Origin: Octopus vulgaris
Taxonomy: Eukaryota
Assembly: GCA_951406725.2 (NCBI GenBank)
Contig: OX597815.1
Coordinates: forward strand, 163,866,001-163,930,000
Direction of reading: 5' to 3'
Length of the DNA stretch: 64,000 nucleotides
Both the position numbers and the translations under genes were made by a program. A model generated the notes under the pieces. That model saw only the letters and a list, made by a program, of their open reading frames with translations. It ran no database searches and was not told where the DNA came from. Shown piece after piece: positions 12,932 through 27,385 of this stretch (position 1 is its first letter; every line of letters starts with the position of its first letter).

Positions 12932-13200
12932 TCACTTAGCCCATCCGTAACGCTTCCATGAGATTAGTTTGAGCGGAAGGGAAAGAATGCGGAGTGGGGT
13001 AGAGAAATTGGAGAATGGAGGAGGGTAGGAGAGGTGGTGATGAGTGAAATATGTAATTTTTTTTAACTGTTACTTTTCCTCCGTTACTTAGCCCGTCTGT
13101 AACGCTTTCACGTGATTATTTGAAGGAAAAGGTGAAGAATGAAAGAAAAAGAGGGTAAGGTGAAGAGTGAGGGAGAAAGAGGGACAATTAAGACTATAAA
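11502..13200 (-). mobile_element. Probable decayed Helitron-derived element, partly duplicated
   Basis: Minus strand ends ...TGGGATTTCCACGGATACTGCTAAT, an imperfect hairpin plus a GATACTGCTA(A)T terminus like GATACTGCTAGT at 46534-46545. Charged E/R/K-rich ORF remnants resemble Helitron N-terminal repeats. ~152-bp internal repeats at 12927 and 13079. The 5' boundary is uncertain. Confidence 0.4.
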
Positions 13201-13590
13201 ATTCTGCATAAAGTATATAAAGTGTATACATTAAGTGCATTAAGTAATCATCGTATTTCAATTTCCTTCACTTTTCAATGATAAGCAGATGAGCGGCTAT
13301 CTTTTGATACAGGCACAACACATGCTACGCTTTCTAGATTTTTGGATGAAGTTTTCAGAAATAATCCAATAAGTTTATCCTTAATTCTGAGAAATATTCA
13401 CGAGCCTCACTAGTTGATATAAAGATAGTTGAGGAATCTCCATATCTGGTATATACCGTTACACACATTTTTTGGAGAAATTTATGAATTCATTTATTGA
13501 TACACAGTTGGTTAGAAGAATTCCATTTCCAGGTCAAAGTGTTATGCACATTTTTTGAAATAATTTAGGAACACGGTTATTAATACAGAC

Positions 13591-13918
13591 CAGTGGTTCT
13601 CAATCATTTTTTTTTGCCTATGGACCCTTTGATTCCTACATTACTTAGGTGAACCTCCCTCCATAACCATTCAATTTTTTCTTTTTAAATCCTATATTTT
13701 TATAACTAAATATTGTTTGAAATTGTATAAACAAAATTGTTCAAATATTTTGTGCACTGTAGAAGTACAACCAATTTATTGCACATAGATTTTAACGGCA
13801 AAATATTGTATGGACCCCCAGGGGCCACAGGAACCACCAACGGCCACATACACCCCCCCCACACACACACACACACAACAACAACAACCACCACATGGAC
13901 CCCGGTCGAGAACCACTG
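13591..13918. mobile_element. hAT-type MITE
   Basis: TIRs CAGTGGTTCTC / GAGAACCACTG; degenerate 8-bp TSD ATACAGAC / ATATACAC. Confidence 0.75.
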
Positions 13919-13933
13919 ATATACACAATAGAA

Positions 13934-14443
13934 AAGGCGGCGAGCTGGCAGAAACGTTAGCACGGCGGGCGAAATGCTTACTGCGTTACGTTGTGAGTTC
14001 AAATTCCGCCGAGGTCGACTTTGCCTTTCATCCTTTCGGGGTCGATAAATTAAGTACCATTTCGTCTGCCGCTACGACTTAATACCTATGTTCTGAGTTC
14101 AAATTCCGCCGCACGTTCTGAGGCCGAGGTCGACTTTGCCTCTCATTCTTTCGGGGTCGATAAATTTAGTACCAGTTACGCACTGGGGTCGATATAATCG
14201 ACTTAATCCGTTTGTCTGTCCTTGTTTGTCCTCTCTGTGTTTAGCCCCTTGTGGATAGTAAAGAAATAGGTATTTCGTCTGGCGCTACGTTCTGAGTTCA
14301 AATTCCGCCGAGGTCGACTTAGCCTTTCATCCTTTCGGGGTCGATTAAATAAGTACCAGTTACGCACTGGGATCGATATAATCGACTTAACCTGTCCTTG
14401 TTTGTCCTCTTTGTGTTTAGCCCCTTGTGGGTAGTAAGGAAAT
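13934..14443 (+). mobile_element. SINE family A multimer with 17-bp TSD
   Basis: Three copies of the core. TSD TGATATA(C/G)ACAATAGAA at 13917-13933 and 14444-14460. Confidence 0.9.
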
Positions 14444-15221
14444 TGATATAGACAATAGAATAAATTGATAGCTGTTCAATCATCACGACAATGACGTATG
14501 TGCTAAATCGTCAGGTGAAAAGTGAGAAACAAAGAAAGAAAGAAAGAAATATTACTGGCTCATGTATACAGATACATACATCCGAACGCTAATGGTGAAC
14601 GCACATATACACATAACCTCAGAAAGAGAGATTATTTATGTGTTTAGCATATGAGTGGAATGTTTTAAAAATTGTAGGGTAACATTAGGCAATGAGAAAA
14701 TGAAAAACGAATGAAGTAGGTCCAATTTTTCCAGTAATTAATCTTTTGCTATTACAAAGAGGGACTCGCAAGGCAATTAAAAGATATGGATTACGGAGGC
14801 GTGGATAGTTTTGATGATAATGGGGAGAATATTTGACGCAAACTAATATAAGCAAAGAAATTAATTGAAAAATTCATGAAAAGGATATTTTTCTTAAAAA
14901 AAAACAAAAACTGTATTACATCTGCAAATGAAATTTTTTTATCGCTTCGTTTTTGGTTTCTAGGTAATCACTTAATTATTTCGTTTACTTAAAGAAATAA
15001 TTATGTTTTAATGTTCGCCTACCACGATTTAGGCAACGTCGAAAATTGGAAACATGAGTATATTACTGAAGGTGTAAATTACAAAGTTAGATTAAAAACT
15101 ATACACGCCTGTCCAACATAAAACATTTTCATTCAATTGGCATCCCAACGAGGAGGAGGCCTCCTCCTTATAGAGATGTCAAGCACAACCTCTTCCTCTA
15201 GACAATACCAAAACAAAATAA

Positions 15222-15442
15222 GGCGGCGAGCTGGCAGAAACGTTAGCACACCGGGCGAAATGCTTAGCAGTATTTCGTCTGCCGCTACGTTCTGAGTTCA
15301 AAATCCGCCGAGGTCGACTTTGCCTTTCATCCTTTCGGGGTCGATTAAATAAGTATCAGTTACGCTTTGGCGTCGATGTAATCGACTTAGTTCCTTTGTT
15401 TCTCCCCTCTATGTTTAGTCCCTTGTGGGCAATAAAGAATTA
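15222..15442 (+). mobile_element. SINE family A monomer with perfect 18-bp TSD
   Basis: TSD AATACCAAAACAAAATAA at 15204-15221 and 15443-15460. Confidence 0.92.
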
Positions 15443-16597
15443 AATACCAAAACAAAATAAAATATTTGACAAACTATATTGTTATTGTAAACACTCTCCA
15501 TCTAAAATCTTTAATAATGAGCTTGTCTATATTACAAGATGTTCAATTTCCTTATTGTGCATAAAATGCAAACGCGATTTGTTTACAAAAAGAAAATATC
15601 TTCATTTTTTTCTTTTAAATATTTGTAAATATTTGTCTTTCTTTTTTCATCTAATCTATATGAACGATGTGTTTGGATATTACTGTTTTACACAGTCAGC
15701 CGTGTCGGACAGAAAACTAATGTCTATATAATTACTACATTAATGGAGTTTCGTATCGGACTAATGTTGTTTATGCAAAAATTGTTATGCAAGTTCGAGC
15801 GGTCGTTATACAATTACATGTCTATAGTTTGCTTTATTTACGTTTTTTTGTCCGATTTGGAAGTAAACTAATGTCATGTAGTTATTTCTATTAAGACCTT
15901 TGTTGTTGACTTGTCATAGACTAACGAAAGTAATAAACACCCTTAAAAGGATATTAAGCTGTAATCATATTTATTTGTGGTTAAGGAAGATATAATTTTT
16001 ACCAGTGGGGTTGATGTGCACGAAGTAAATAATCCTATTACTGGAGAATTCTAAAAAGGGATGGTTTGTTATTGTGTCTTATTTATGTACACTTTGTAAA
16101 AGAACCACTTGACTTTTGTAGCGAACACTTAAATAACATTCACGAAGATGGCGACATCTATTAAACTAACGATCAATATCTCTAACTTAGACATTTTCTC
16201 TTTAGAATATTTGCCACTAATATCAGATTTGCGAAAAAGCCAATACAATAGAGGTCAGCAAACTCGACTGTCAAAGTTTTAAAAACACACTTATACACTC
16301 TATCTGACTCACCCATTCGCTTTCTTATTTTCTTACGTTCTGACATAAGCGTATGTCAGACAGAACATTTGTACTTGTGGTTCACAAGCTGAAAGCATCA
16401 TCGATCTTATATTGACGTTCAAGAATGCAATACCAGAACAAACAAGACGAATGTATTTCTGGGAATTCAGCATTTGCATGAGCTTGTCCTCTCTGATTTT
16501 CTTTGTTGGATTTCTGTGACCCATGTGTCACAGAAATCTACATTCATGCTCAACATCAGGGGAGGAATGTAGAGCTTAATTTCTTGCTTCGGTTACA

Positions 16598-16598
<1 letters not shown>

Positions 16599-16685
<87 letters not shown>

Positions 16686-16702
16686 GTATCTATCTATTTA
16701 TG

Positions 16703-16761
<59 letters not shown>

Positions 16762-16770
16762 TTATCTACA
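16599..16770. repeat. (TATC)n microsatellite
   Basis: Directly visible. Confidence 0.95.
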
Positions 16771-17021
16771 TATCTGTGTGTGTGTTTGTGTGTGTGTGTT
16801 TGTGTGTGTGTATTCCCAAAATTCAGTTTGTTGGGGAGTTCTAAGAAGTACTACAGTTGTCAAGAACTCAACTGTCAATTAAATGCATTTTGGAATCTGA
16901 TGATTACTACGAACGTGCGTAAGCGCTAATTGAACTTTATGAACATTACAAAATGTTTTTTTAATGCTAAAATATCATAATAAGAAACGTGAAAACCAGA
17001 TCATGCCATAACTTCATTCAG

Positions 17022-17069
<48 letters not shown>

Positions 17070-17078
<9 letters not shown>

Positions 17079-17737
17079 GAAATGTGTGTGTATTGTCTTT
17101 ACACGCGAAAACGGTTTCACCAATTGCTCCCATACTTATGATGCATGAATAATTTGAACTCGGACACATGGTAGGCTCTTCATTTGATTGTTTTATTAAA
17201 AAATAAATAATATTGCGTTCTATATATGATTCACTTCTTTAAAATGTTTCTTAATATCAACTTCTGTTATTGACGTAGCAACGGCGAATTTTCCGTTTTC
17301 ATCTGCAATATATTTCACTCTATATTTTAATGCTTTCATTTCAAGTTTTAATTCGCTATTTGCAAATAACTACGACAAATTACAGAAAGAAATATTTAAA
17401 TATTCAATACAAGATGGTTTTTAACGAGCTGTTATTTATACGATTTTTTTATATCATGTTTATTACATTCACTTTTTGCAGTGTTCTCTCTCCTCCACTT
17501 TCTCTCTCACACACACACACAAGTCAGTCGCACACGCAACGTGTGTTTTTGTATGTTTGTATACAGTTATGTATGCATATGCTTGTGAGTAAGAGAGTGA
17601 GAGAGAGTGTGTGTGTGATTTCTAAGTGGCGCTCACTCACTGTAAATCTGTCTCACTCTCTCACACATATTTTGCTTTTTTCTTCCAATATATAAGGGAC
17701 AATTTCATCCCCGAGCAACGCTGGGTACCTCTGCTAG
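17070..17737 (+). mobile_element. Non-autonomous Helitron
   Basis: 3' hairpin CCCGAGCAACGCTGGG followed by CTAG|T (17734-17738), nearly identical to the terminus at 46517-46545. The 5' end is buried in (TA)n and no 5' TC is visible. Confidence 0.65.
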
Positions 17738-17774
<37 letters not shown>

Positions 17775-17776
17775 TT

Positions 17777-18075
17777 GAAGGCGCATGGCATAGTTGTTAG
17801 GGTATCACACGATTGCGATGTCGTGGTTTCAATTCCCGTACCGGGCATTGCGTTATGTTCTTGAACAAAGCATTTCATTTCACGTTGCTCAGCGTTCGTT
17901 TCGACATCTAACATGTGGCATGTCGTGCACCCATACAGATAATATGTAATATTGATTTGACGGAGGGTGTGAACTTATGTGAACACAAACATTTGATCAC
18001 TATAAACAAAACATCTGTATTGTTGTTCAACAATAAATTTCAGAACCTTCATACCATCGTCTAACGACGGAAGCG
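17777..18075 (+). mobile_element. Degenerate tRNA-derived SINE with a head related to family D
   Basis: GGCGCATGGCATAGTTGTTAGGGT...GGTTTCAATTCCC; shares CATTTCATTTCACGTTG with family D. A related minus-strand copy lies at ~50050-50300. Confidence 0.6.
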
Positions 18076-18119
18076 TTCATGATATATACGTACATATGGC
18101 TGTACTCTTTTCCCTTTTA

Positions 18120-18516
18120 CTTATTTACTTGTTTCAGTCATTTGACTGCGGCCATGCTGGAGCACCGCCTTTAGTCGAGAAAATCGACCCCGGGACTTAT
18201 TCTTTGTAAGCCTAGTACTTATTCTATCGGTGTCTTTTGCCGAACCGCTAAGTGACGGGGACGTAAACACACCAGCATCGGTTGTCAAGCAATGCTAAGG
18301 GGACAAACACAGACACACAAACACACACACACACATATATATATACATATATACGACAGGCTTCTTTCAGTTTCCGTCTACCAAATCCACTCACAAGGCA
18401 TTGGTCGGCCCGGGGCTGTAGCAGGAGACACTTGCCCAAGGTGCCACGCAGTGGGACTGAACCCGGAACCGTGTGGTTGGTTAGCAAGCTACTTACCACA
18501 CAGCCACTCCTGCGCC
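18120..18516 (-). mobile_element. SINE family B, full length and well conserved
   Basis: Head GGCGCAGGAGTGGCTGTGTGGTAAG, B box GGTTCAGTCCC, CORE-like CCTTGGGCAAGTGTCT, internal (TA/TG)n, tail GGCGGTGCTCCAGCATGGCCGCAGTCAAATGACTGAAAC. Confidence 0.9.
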
Positions 18517-18555
18517 TGTATATCTTTATGTATATCTTTAATCTTAAAAAAAATG

Positions 18556-18879
18556 TTTAATTGTTGCAGATTCAAAGCCGCGGTCATGCTTGGGCATCAA
18601 CATTGACACCATTATTTGAAACCTCTTCTGATATATGGCATTTGGTGAATAAGGGAGTTTGATGCTGCTGACCTCGTCTGTATTTTCTGCTGGGAGGTGG
18701 GCTCATGTTGAACCCTTCAAAAAAGGAGATCCAGTTTTGTTTTGAAAACACTTACATCCACAGCATGCAGCTCTCTCATGCATTTTGGAAGGATATCGAA
18801 GAGCTGTGGGCCCGTGAAACCCAAGCTGTTTCAGTATCTGATCCTGTATTTTGATCAAGATGCTGGGATCTTTGGCACT
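18556..18879 (-). pseudogene. Older CR1-group LINE 3' fragment (ORF2 C-terminus and 3' UTR)
   Basis: Manual translation NSLGFTGPQLFDILPKCMRELHAVDVSVFKTKLD...EPT...SNSLIHQ, with stops, aligns to [19 protein letters not shown]...FKKSLD...KPPT...NNSLLEW of the LINE at 21638-23218. Confidence 0.75.
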
Positions 18880-18917
18880 ATATGAATATTTATTTATATG
18901 TATATGCAATTATAGTT

Positions 18918-18939
18918 ATACATATATATATACACACAT

Positions 18940-19014
<75 letters not shown>

Positions 19015-19015
19015 C

Positions 19016-19064
<49 letters not shown>

Positions 19065-19304
19065 TCCATATATATATACGAACATATATATATGCACATA
19101 TAGTTATACATACATACACATATATATATATATATATATCCATATATATATACGAACATATATATATGCACATATAGTTATACATACATACACATATATA
19201 TATATATATCCATATATATATATACGAACATATATATATGCACATATAGTTATACATACATACATATATATATATACATATATACATACGTACATATATA
19301 TACA

Positions 19305-19336
<32 letters not shown>

Positions 19337-19510
19337 CACATATATACATAGTACATATATATATACACATATATGCATATATATATACATATATATATAC
19401 ACATATATACATGGTACATATGTATACACAGACACATATCTACATACATACATATCAATCTCCCTCTCTGTGTGTGAATATATATACAAACATATATATA
19501 TATATATATC
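18918..19510. repeat. Complex (TA/CA) microsatellite with a higher-order unit (TCCATATATATATACGAACATATATATATGCACATATAGTTATACATAC, 3 copies)
   Basis: Directly visible. Confidence 0.9.
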
Positions 19511-20199
19511 TCACCCACTCTGTGTGTATGTATGCGCGCGCGCGCATATAATATCACAGCGTATGATACGTATCATACATTAAATCAAATACATTGAATG
19601 CTTTCGCAAACAATGTCCAAAATCTTCTGTTATTCTTCGTTAAATCTCATTGATTATTATCCTTTACAGCTTCATCTGTTTTATCATTTTAACTTGAGAT
19701 TTCTTGCCAGCTTCTCGCATGATATTCTTTATCGTTTTCTGTTACGTTTCACCATTTCTTTCATTTCCTTTATAAAATTCTCATTTTGTTTCCCGATTCC
19801 AGGTAGCTTTCTTCGTTGAATTCCGTCTCTAGGTCACTCGCTTCCTCTTCGCTTAGATATTGTGATTGATACATCTGAAGTCGGCTTGCTGCCGCAAACA
19901 TTCTCAGACAGTTGATTGTTAATTTAGATCCTATCTTTTAGAGAACAAATTGAAATTTGAAGAATTAATTGATTTTCATTACTGTTCTAGATAGCTTTTA
20001 TTGTTGTTATCGTTGTTATTATTATAATTATTATTATTATTATTGACGTTTATTCTGCTTTCATTTGTTTTATTTTGCGTCTAGTGTTGCATGGTGTTAT
20101 TATTTGTTTTTGTTTTTCCAGCCTGAGATCGGTATATATCATATTTGCACACGCGTGCACAAACGCGTATGTGTGTGTATGCATGTAGTGTGTGTGCAT

Positions 20200-21546
<1,347 letters not shown>

Positions 21547-23210
21547 ACTTTGATACTTTGATACTTTGATAGGTTTCGGCCATTATTGGCCCAGGCCATG
21601 TCTAACTTAATAGCACCACCTGGTGAAGTCTTTCAAGTCAGAATTTGGGCACTATGGCCCACTCAAGTAGAGAGTTATTGTTTACAGAGACATATCCGGG
21701 TGTAGGGGGTTTATCCGGGATTTCTTGAAGGAATCTGTCCAAAGACTTCTTGAAACCTATAGGGTCAGTTTCTGTTTTAATGTGTTTTGGTGTAATGTTA
21801 AAGAGAGCGGGGCCAATTGAGGTGAAATAATTGTGCCGTATTGTTGTTATGAGATGAGAGTGCGATTTTTGTTTTGGGCGGATGGCACGGGGCCCAAGCC
21901 TTGGATGTACCTTAAAGGTGATGCCAACATCATTTGGGCAATGCTGATGGAATATTTTCCACATCATGCAGATGATGTAGCGCTCACGACGACGTTGGAG
22001 AGAATAGAGTTTTAGCTTTTCTAGTCGACCCCAATAGTCGAGGCCTGTCATGCCATCTATCTTTTTTGTGATTGCCCTTTGAGGTGCTTCGACTTTTTTG
22101 ATACCTTGTATTGTGTGGGGAGACCACAGTGGACAACAGTATTCAAGGTGGGGTCGGGCAAAAGTGGAGAAGAGAAGGATAATGGTGTGGATATCTCTCG
22201 ACTGGAAAGTTCTGAGAATCCAGGAACACATTCTGCGGGCCATGTCAACTTTGGTGTTTATATGAGTGGCCCAGCTTACGTTGTTGTCCACAATTACTCC
22301 CAAGTCTCTGATGTTGTTGGACGCCGCGAGAGTTTCACCTGAAGGAAGGGAGTATGGGAGTTTCAGGGCATCCTCTTTTCCAAAGTGGATTAGCTCAAAT
22401 TTATCCTCGTTCAGCAGCATATTGTTTTTTTCTGCCCATTGGATAACAGCCAGTAGATCTGACTGAAGGCATGTCCGGTCACTCGCCTCATTTATGACCT
22501 TCTGTATCTTGGAGTCATCTGCAAAGATTTTTATGTTGCTGTGCTTGATGATGTCATTAATGTCATTAATGTAAATGATGAAAAGAAGTGGGCCCAGCAC
22601 AGTGCCTTGCGGAACGCCACTACTGACTTTGGCTGGGCTTGATTTTACCCCTTCAACTACAACATGTTGAGATCTGTCTGTCAGGAAACACTTAATCCAT
22701 TTCAGTAACTTTCCAGAGACACCAATGTTGGATAGTTTTTTCAATAGGATCTTGTGATCGACCCTGTCGAAGGCCTTACTGAAATCAAGGTAGATGACAT
22801 CGGTGTTGGAGCCCTCTCCTAAAGCTCTCAAAATGTCCTCAAAGTGATGCAGGAGCTGCGTTAGGCAGTCCCTTCCATTACGGAACCCATGTTGGTTGGA
22901 GATCAGCCGTCTGTTGCTTTCCAGAAATTGGGTTATTTGAGATCTCACCACCCTCTCAAATACCTTGATGATATGAGAGGTGAGTGAGATCGGACGGTAA
23001 TTCACTGCAAGGGACTTGTTTCCCTTTTTGAAAACTGGGACAACAGACTGGGACAGAAGGTTTTTTGGAATATAGCCAGCATCCAGTGAGTTTCTCCACA
23101 GATTAGCAAGGGGAGATGCAAGTTGGTGTCGACACACCTTCAGGACACAAGCAGGGAACCTATCGGGGCCTACTGCTGAATTGTGTTTTATTTCGTTTAT
23201 CGCCGCTAAG
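21547..23210 (-). mobile_element. 5'-truncated CR1-group (CR1/L2-like) non-LTR retrotransposon
   Basis: RT ORF, short 3' UTR with stem-loop GGCCA-ATAA-TGGCC (21578-21591), and a 3' tail of three ATCAAAGT repeats (21547-21570). The 5' end abuts the microsatellite. Confidence 0.92.
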
Positions 23211-23218
23211 ACATACAT
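21638..23218 (-). CDS. Reverse transcriptase (ORF2, N-terminally truncated, no endonuclease domain)
   Basis: Motifs [60 protein letters not shown]; no stops over 526 codons. The initiating Met comes from flanking microsatellite. Confidence 0.93.
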   Translation of the reverse strand: MYVLAAINEIKHNSAVGPDRFPACVLKVCRHQLASPLANLWRNSLDAGYIPKNLLSQSVVPVFKKGNKSLAVNYRPISLTSHIIKVFERVVRSQITQFLESNRRLISNQHGFRNGRDCLTQLLHHFEDILRALGEGSNTDVIYLDFSKAFDRVDHKILLKKLSNIGVSGKLLKWIKCFLTDRSQHVVVEGVKSSPAKVSSGVPQGTVLGPLLFIIYINDINDIIKHSNIKIFADDSKIQKVINEASDRTCLQSDLLAVIQWAEKNNMLLNEDKFELIHFGKEDALKLPYSLPSGETLAASNNIRDLGVIVDNNVSWATHINTKVDMARRMCSWILRTFQSRDIHTIILLFSTFARPHLEYCCPLWSPHTIQGIKKVEAPQRAITKKIDGMTGLDYWGRLEKLKLYSLQRRRERYIICMMWKIFHQHCPNDVGITFKVHPRLGPRAIRPKQKSHSHLITTIRHNYFTSIGPALFNITPKHIKTETDPIGFKKSLDRFLQEIPDKPPTPGYVSVNNNSLLEWAIVPKF

Positions 23219-23251
23219 ATATATATATGTATGTATATATATATATGTATG

Positions 23252-23315
<64 letters not shown>

Positions 23316-23397
23316 TGTATGTATATATATATATATGTATGTATATATATATATATGTATGTATATATATATATGTATGTATATATATATATGTATG

Positions 23398-23428
<31 letters not shown>

Positions 23429-23785
23429 GTATGTATATATATATATATGTATGTATATATATATATATATGTATGTATATATATATATGTATGTATATAT
23501 ATATATGTATGTATATATATATATGTATGTATATATATATATGTATGTATATATATATATGTATGTATATATATATATGTATATATATATGTGTATATAT
23601 ATATATGTATATATATATATATGTATGTATATATATATATGTATGTATATATATATATGTATGTATATATATATATATATGTATATATATATGTGTATAT
23701 ATATATGTGTATATATATATGTGTATATATATATGTGTATATATATATATATATGTATGTATATATATATATGTGTGTGTGTGCA
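23211..23785. repeat. (TA)n/(TATG)n microsatellite, right flank of the LINE
   Basis: Directly visible. Confidence 0.95.
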
Positions 23786-24395
23786 TCTATGTATATACCT
23801 ATATTAACCTACATCACACATAAACACACACACGCACACACGCATACACTCACACACAATTACATACACTCATAAGTTCACATACGCGTGCATTTGCGCA
23901 CATCCATTTATACCCTGTTGAAATAAAACCTATTCATTCACGTCTAATTAGATTGCTATCACTAATTATCAAACGTGTTGCCGACATGCAGGGATTTAGA
24001 ATATGCGGATAGCTGTTCACTCCTTCAATTTATATCTGACGTTACGATCGTTGGTGTAACGTCTTCAAAATATCATGATGCTTGTAGAAGCAAGCAACGG
24101 CTGAACAATCTGTCAATTGTACGGTTGTATGTATACATGCGCGCGTATGTGTGCATATATGGGCGCGCATGCGTGCCTGTATGTACGTCTGTGTTTGTGT
24201 CTGTGTGTGCGCGCGCATGCTTGTATAATTACCAAGTATATATATAATTTATTTATACTATGTATCAAATACATATATGCTATATATATATACATATATA
24301 TATACATACATGGACACTCCGATCCACGCACACGTACGTACACATACACACACACACAAACATACAAACACACTCAGACACATGCACTCTTTATC

Positions 24396-24436
<41 letters not shown>

Positions 24437-24529
24437 ATATATGAGTATGTGTGTGTGTATATATATATATACATATATCATAATGTATATGTCATATATA
24501 TATATATATATATATATATGAATATATAT

Positions 24530-24563
<34 letters not shown>

Positions 24564-24860
24564 GGCGCAGGAGTGGCTGTGTGGTAAGCAAGCTACATAC
24601 CACACAGAGAGGAAACTGAAAGAAGTCCGTCGTTTGTATGCATATGTACATATATATGTGTGTGTTTGTGTTTGTCCCCCCAACATCGCTTGGCAAACCG
24701 ATGGTGGTGTGTTTACGTCCTCGTAACTTTGCGGTTCGGTAAAGGAGACCGATAGAATAAGTACTAGGCTTACAAAGAATAAGTCCCGGGGTCGATTTGA
24801 TCGACTAAAGGTGGTGCTCCAGCATGGCCGCAGTCAAATGACTGAAACAAGTAAAAGAGC
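24564..24860 (+). mobile_element. SINE family B with internal deletion
   Basis: Head and complete tail present; the B-box/CORE segment is missing. Confidence 0.85.
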
Positions 24861-24889
24861 TGAAAAGGAAAACGAAACAAATCCTGTAA

Positions 24890-24976
<87 letters not shown>

Positions 24977-25601
24977 CGCGTGTGTAGCAGCCTTGCGATG
25001 AGAGATGCCCCATCTTTGACCATCCTATAGTTGTTTTAGACATGCTCTACCTAGAAAAGTACGCCATCCAATAAGCTATATTAATTAGTTATTTTTGTTG
25101 TTTGGCCCCAAGTCATCAATGATCGAAAAACCACAATGATGAAAAGTATTTCAGAATTGATCATCTCATCATTTTCCATTAGTCTGAGTCCCTAAGGCCA
25201 CAATTTTCAATACGCCTTTTTTTTTAAATTACAGGGTGAGATTTGAGATATTTTAGGTTTTTATATCTAGCATATCAAGCAACAATATGGAGCTCTTACT
25301 TTCTCTTGCTTGATATTGATTATATTTCATATACTTTATTTTTCTTTACACTGCTCATTAACCCTTAGTCTCTTATTTTGACACACGCACTCTCTCTCTC
25401 TCCCTCTCTCTCTCTCTCTCACTCACTGTCTCACTCACTCCCCTCTCTCTCTCTCTCTCTCTTTCTCTCTCTTTTCTTTCTCACTCGCTCTCGTTAACTT
25501 ATGCTCTTTATGTTTGTAATACATTATGTGCTGGTTGTATTTTAATGGCTAAAGTCCAAAATTTGAAAAGTGAGAAACAAAATAAAAACTAAATAATACA
25601 T

Positions 25602-25695
25602 AGGCGTGGCTGTGTGGTAAGAAGCTTGCTTCTCAACCACATGGTCCCGGGTTCAGTTCCACTGCGTGGTATCTTGGACAAGTGTCTTCTACAGC
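25602..25695 (+). mobile_element. SINE family B head fragment
   Basis: GGCGTGGCTGTGTGGTAAGAAGCTTGC...GGTTCAGTTCC...CTTGGACAAGTGTCTTC. Confidence 0.75.
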
Positions 25696-27289
25696 TATTC
25701 TCCGTTCGAAAATATATCATCTTATTTGTATCGTAAAAATACACATTTTGACGATTATACAAAAACCAACCAAGAAAGATAAACGGTAAAAATGATCTTC
25801 CACGGCATTTGAACTCAGAAAGTAGAAAGCAATCCACCACCCTAAGTGCGATGCCGGACACTGTCAGGTGTTAAAAAGAGGAGTAGGATGAAATACTAAA
25901 TTGCTGGTTTTCAAACAGTACACATTAAGGATTATATAAATACGCCACCTATGTTTTTCAAACACATAATTAAAGGCTTTAGAAAGTCCATACAATACTC
26001 GAGCTTCTTAAAATATTTATTATTGATAACTTTTCTGTATTCATAATTTAATATGATTTATTTAGGCAGTAATAGTCCTCTCTCTCCCTCTCTCTCTCCC
26101 TCTCTTTTTTTAAAACAAACTTTCCATACAAAAATTCCAGTCATTTTCTTTTATCCCCAGCGAATCACAAAGTGAAAAATACTGTGAACTACTGTATTAG
26201 GCTTGCTATTCCTTACGGCAATTCATTTTTATTTGAGTCTCCACAAAGTCTTCTTTGTAGTCTAATAGGTTTTATTCAGTAAATATTCTGGAGCGGTAGA
26301 GTAGCTGTTTCTTCCAGACCACTCCTTAACTCATCTGTTGTTCTGGATATTATGCTCCAACTTGTTTTCCGAAATTTGTTTTTGGTCTCTTTTGTGTCTC
26401 GTTTTATCTTGGTTTATTTCTAGACGTTCGCTCACGCTGCGTTTACTACTTATTCAAACTTCCATGTTGAGTGAATGTTCCCCTGAAGGTAACATTCCTT
26501 GTCCAAAATATACATGCAGCAGTGTTCCACATAAGTAATATAGTGAGTTGATAAACTTCAATTACGCTAGATTATCCACGTCATTAATAGAAAAAAAAAA
26601 TCTCCCTAGGGGGTGTTTAAAATTTAAAATCAACAACCTGAGGAGATGTCGTTAATGCAATCAACTAGTCGAAACTTTTGAGAAATACGAAGTGATGTAG
26701 TTACGAATGGATCTTACCTTTAGAGTCAAATGGTAACAGCAAGAAAGAAGTTTCAAACTCATGAGATCTTATCAGCGAAATAAATCTATCTCAGTAGGCA
26801 AGATTTGGATTTGTTGAGCATATATAGGAATCGGTGGAATGTAATGGCGTAGTAATTTCTTACTTAAACAGGTTTTAAGGCAAGTGAATATTAGATTAAA
26901 TCACTCCAATATTTGACTGGGACTTTATTATGTCATCCTTGGGCGATTAAAAGACAAATTCAGTTTCGACGAGATTTGAACTGATAACAGAAATAGACCT
27001 AAGTATCGCTCTCTAACGATTTTACCAATCCACCACCATTTTTTATACTCCAATATTAAACATTTTGCCAGCAGTTTATAGATATCTACAACAGTTTATA
27101 CTCTACTTATATTTTTAACCAAGCCACATTTATAATTTGTCTGGATCATCAAGCTTTTAAGACTCTATAAATAGCCTAATATAGTTTTTTGTTTTAACCC
27201 TACAAATCGACCGCTGTTCTTCATGTCAGCGTCATAATTAGACTCATCTAATTACCTCCACTCTCTTCTCACTTCATTACTCAAATCGT

Positions 27290-27385
27290 GCGTTCCCGCC
27301 AGATTACGTTGTAACTGCCACATCCACTCCTTCCTCCCTATACATCAAATCTCTGGAATTTCTTCGCTGGTCATGTTTTTGAATC
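27290..27385 (+). pseudogene. Possible very old LINE ORF2 C-terminal remnant
   Basis: Frameshifted translation HSFLP/TSNLWNFFAGHVF resembles the SFFPxTxxLWNxLP motif at CR1-group ORF2 ends. Confidence 0.3.

Noticed and set aside
15222-15315. tRNA genes at SINE heads
   Set aside because: A and B boxes are present, but the heads continue into SINE bodies with TSDs and lack a proper cloverleaf.
19780-19915. Short acidic minus-strand ORF (MFAAASRLQMYQSQYLSEEEASDLETEFNEESYLES...)
   Set aside because: 43 codons with no recognisable motif or splice support.
26250-26540. Higher-complexity stretch checked as a possible host exon on the minus strand
   Set aside because: All three frames hit stops shortly after the candidate splice acceptor.
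26637-26685. CTGAGGA...CGAAAC hammerhead-like spacing
   Set aside because: No stem III with an NUH triplet and no stem I.
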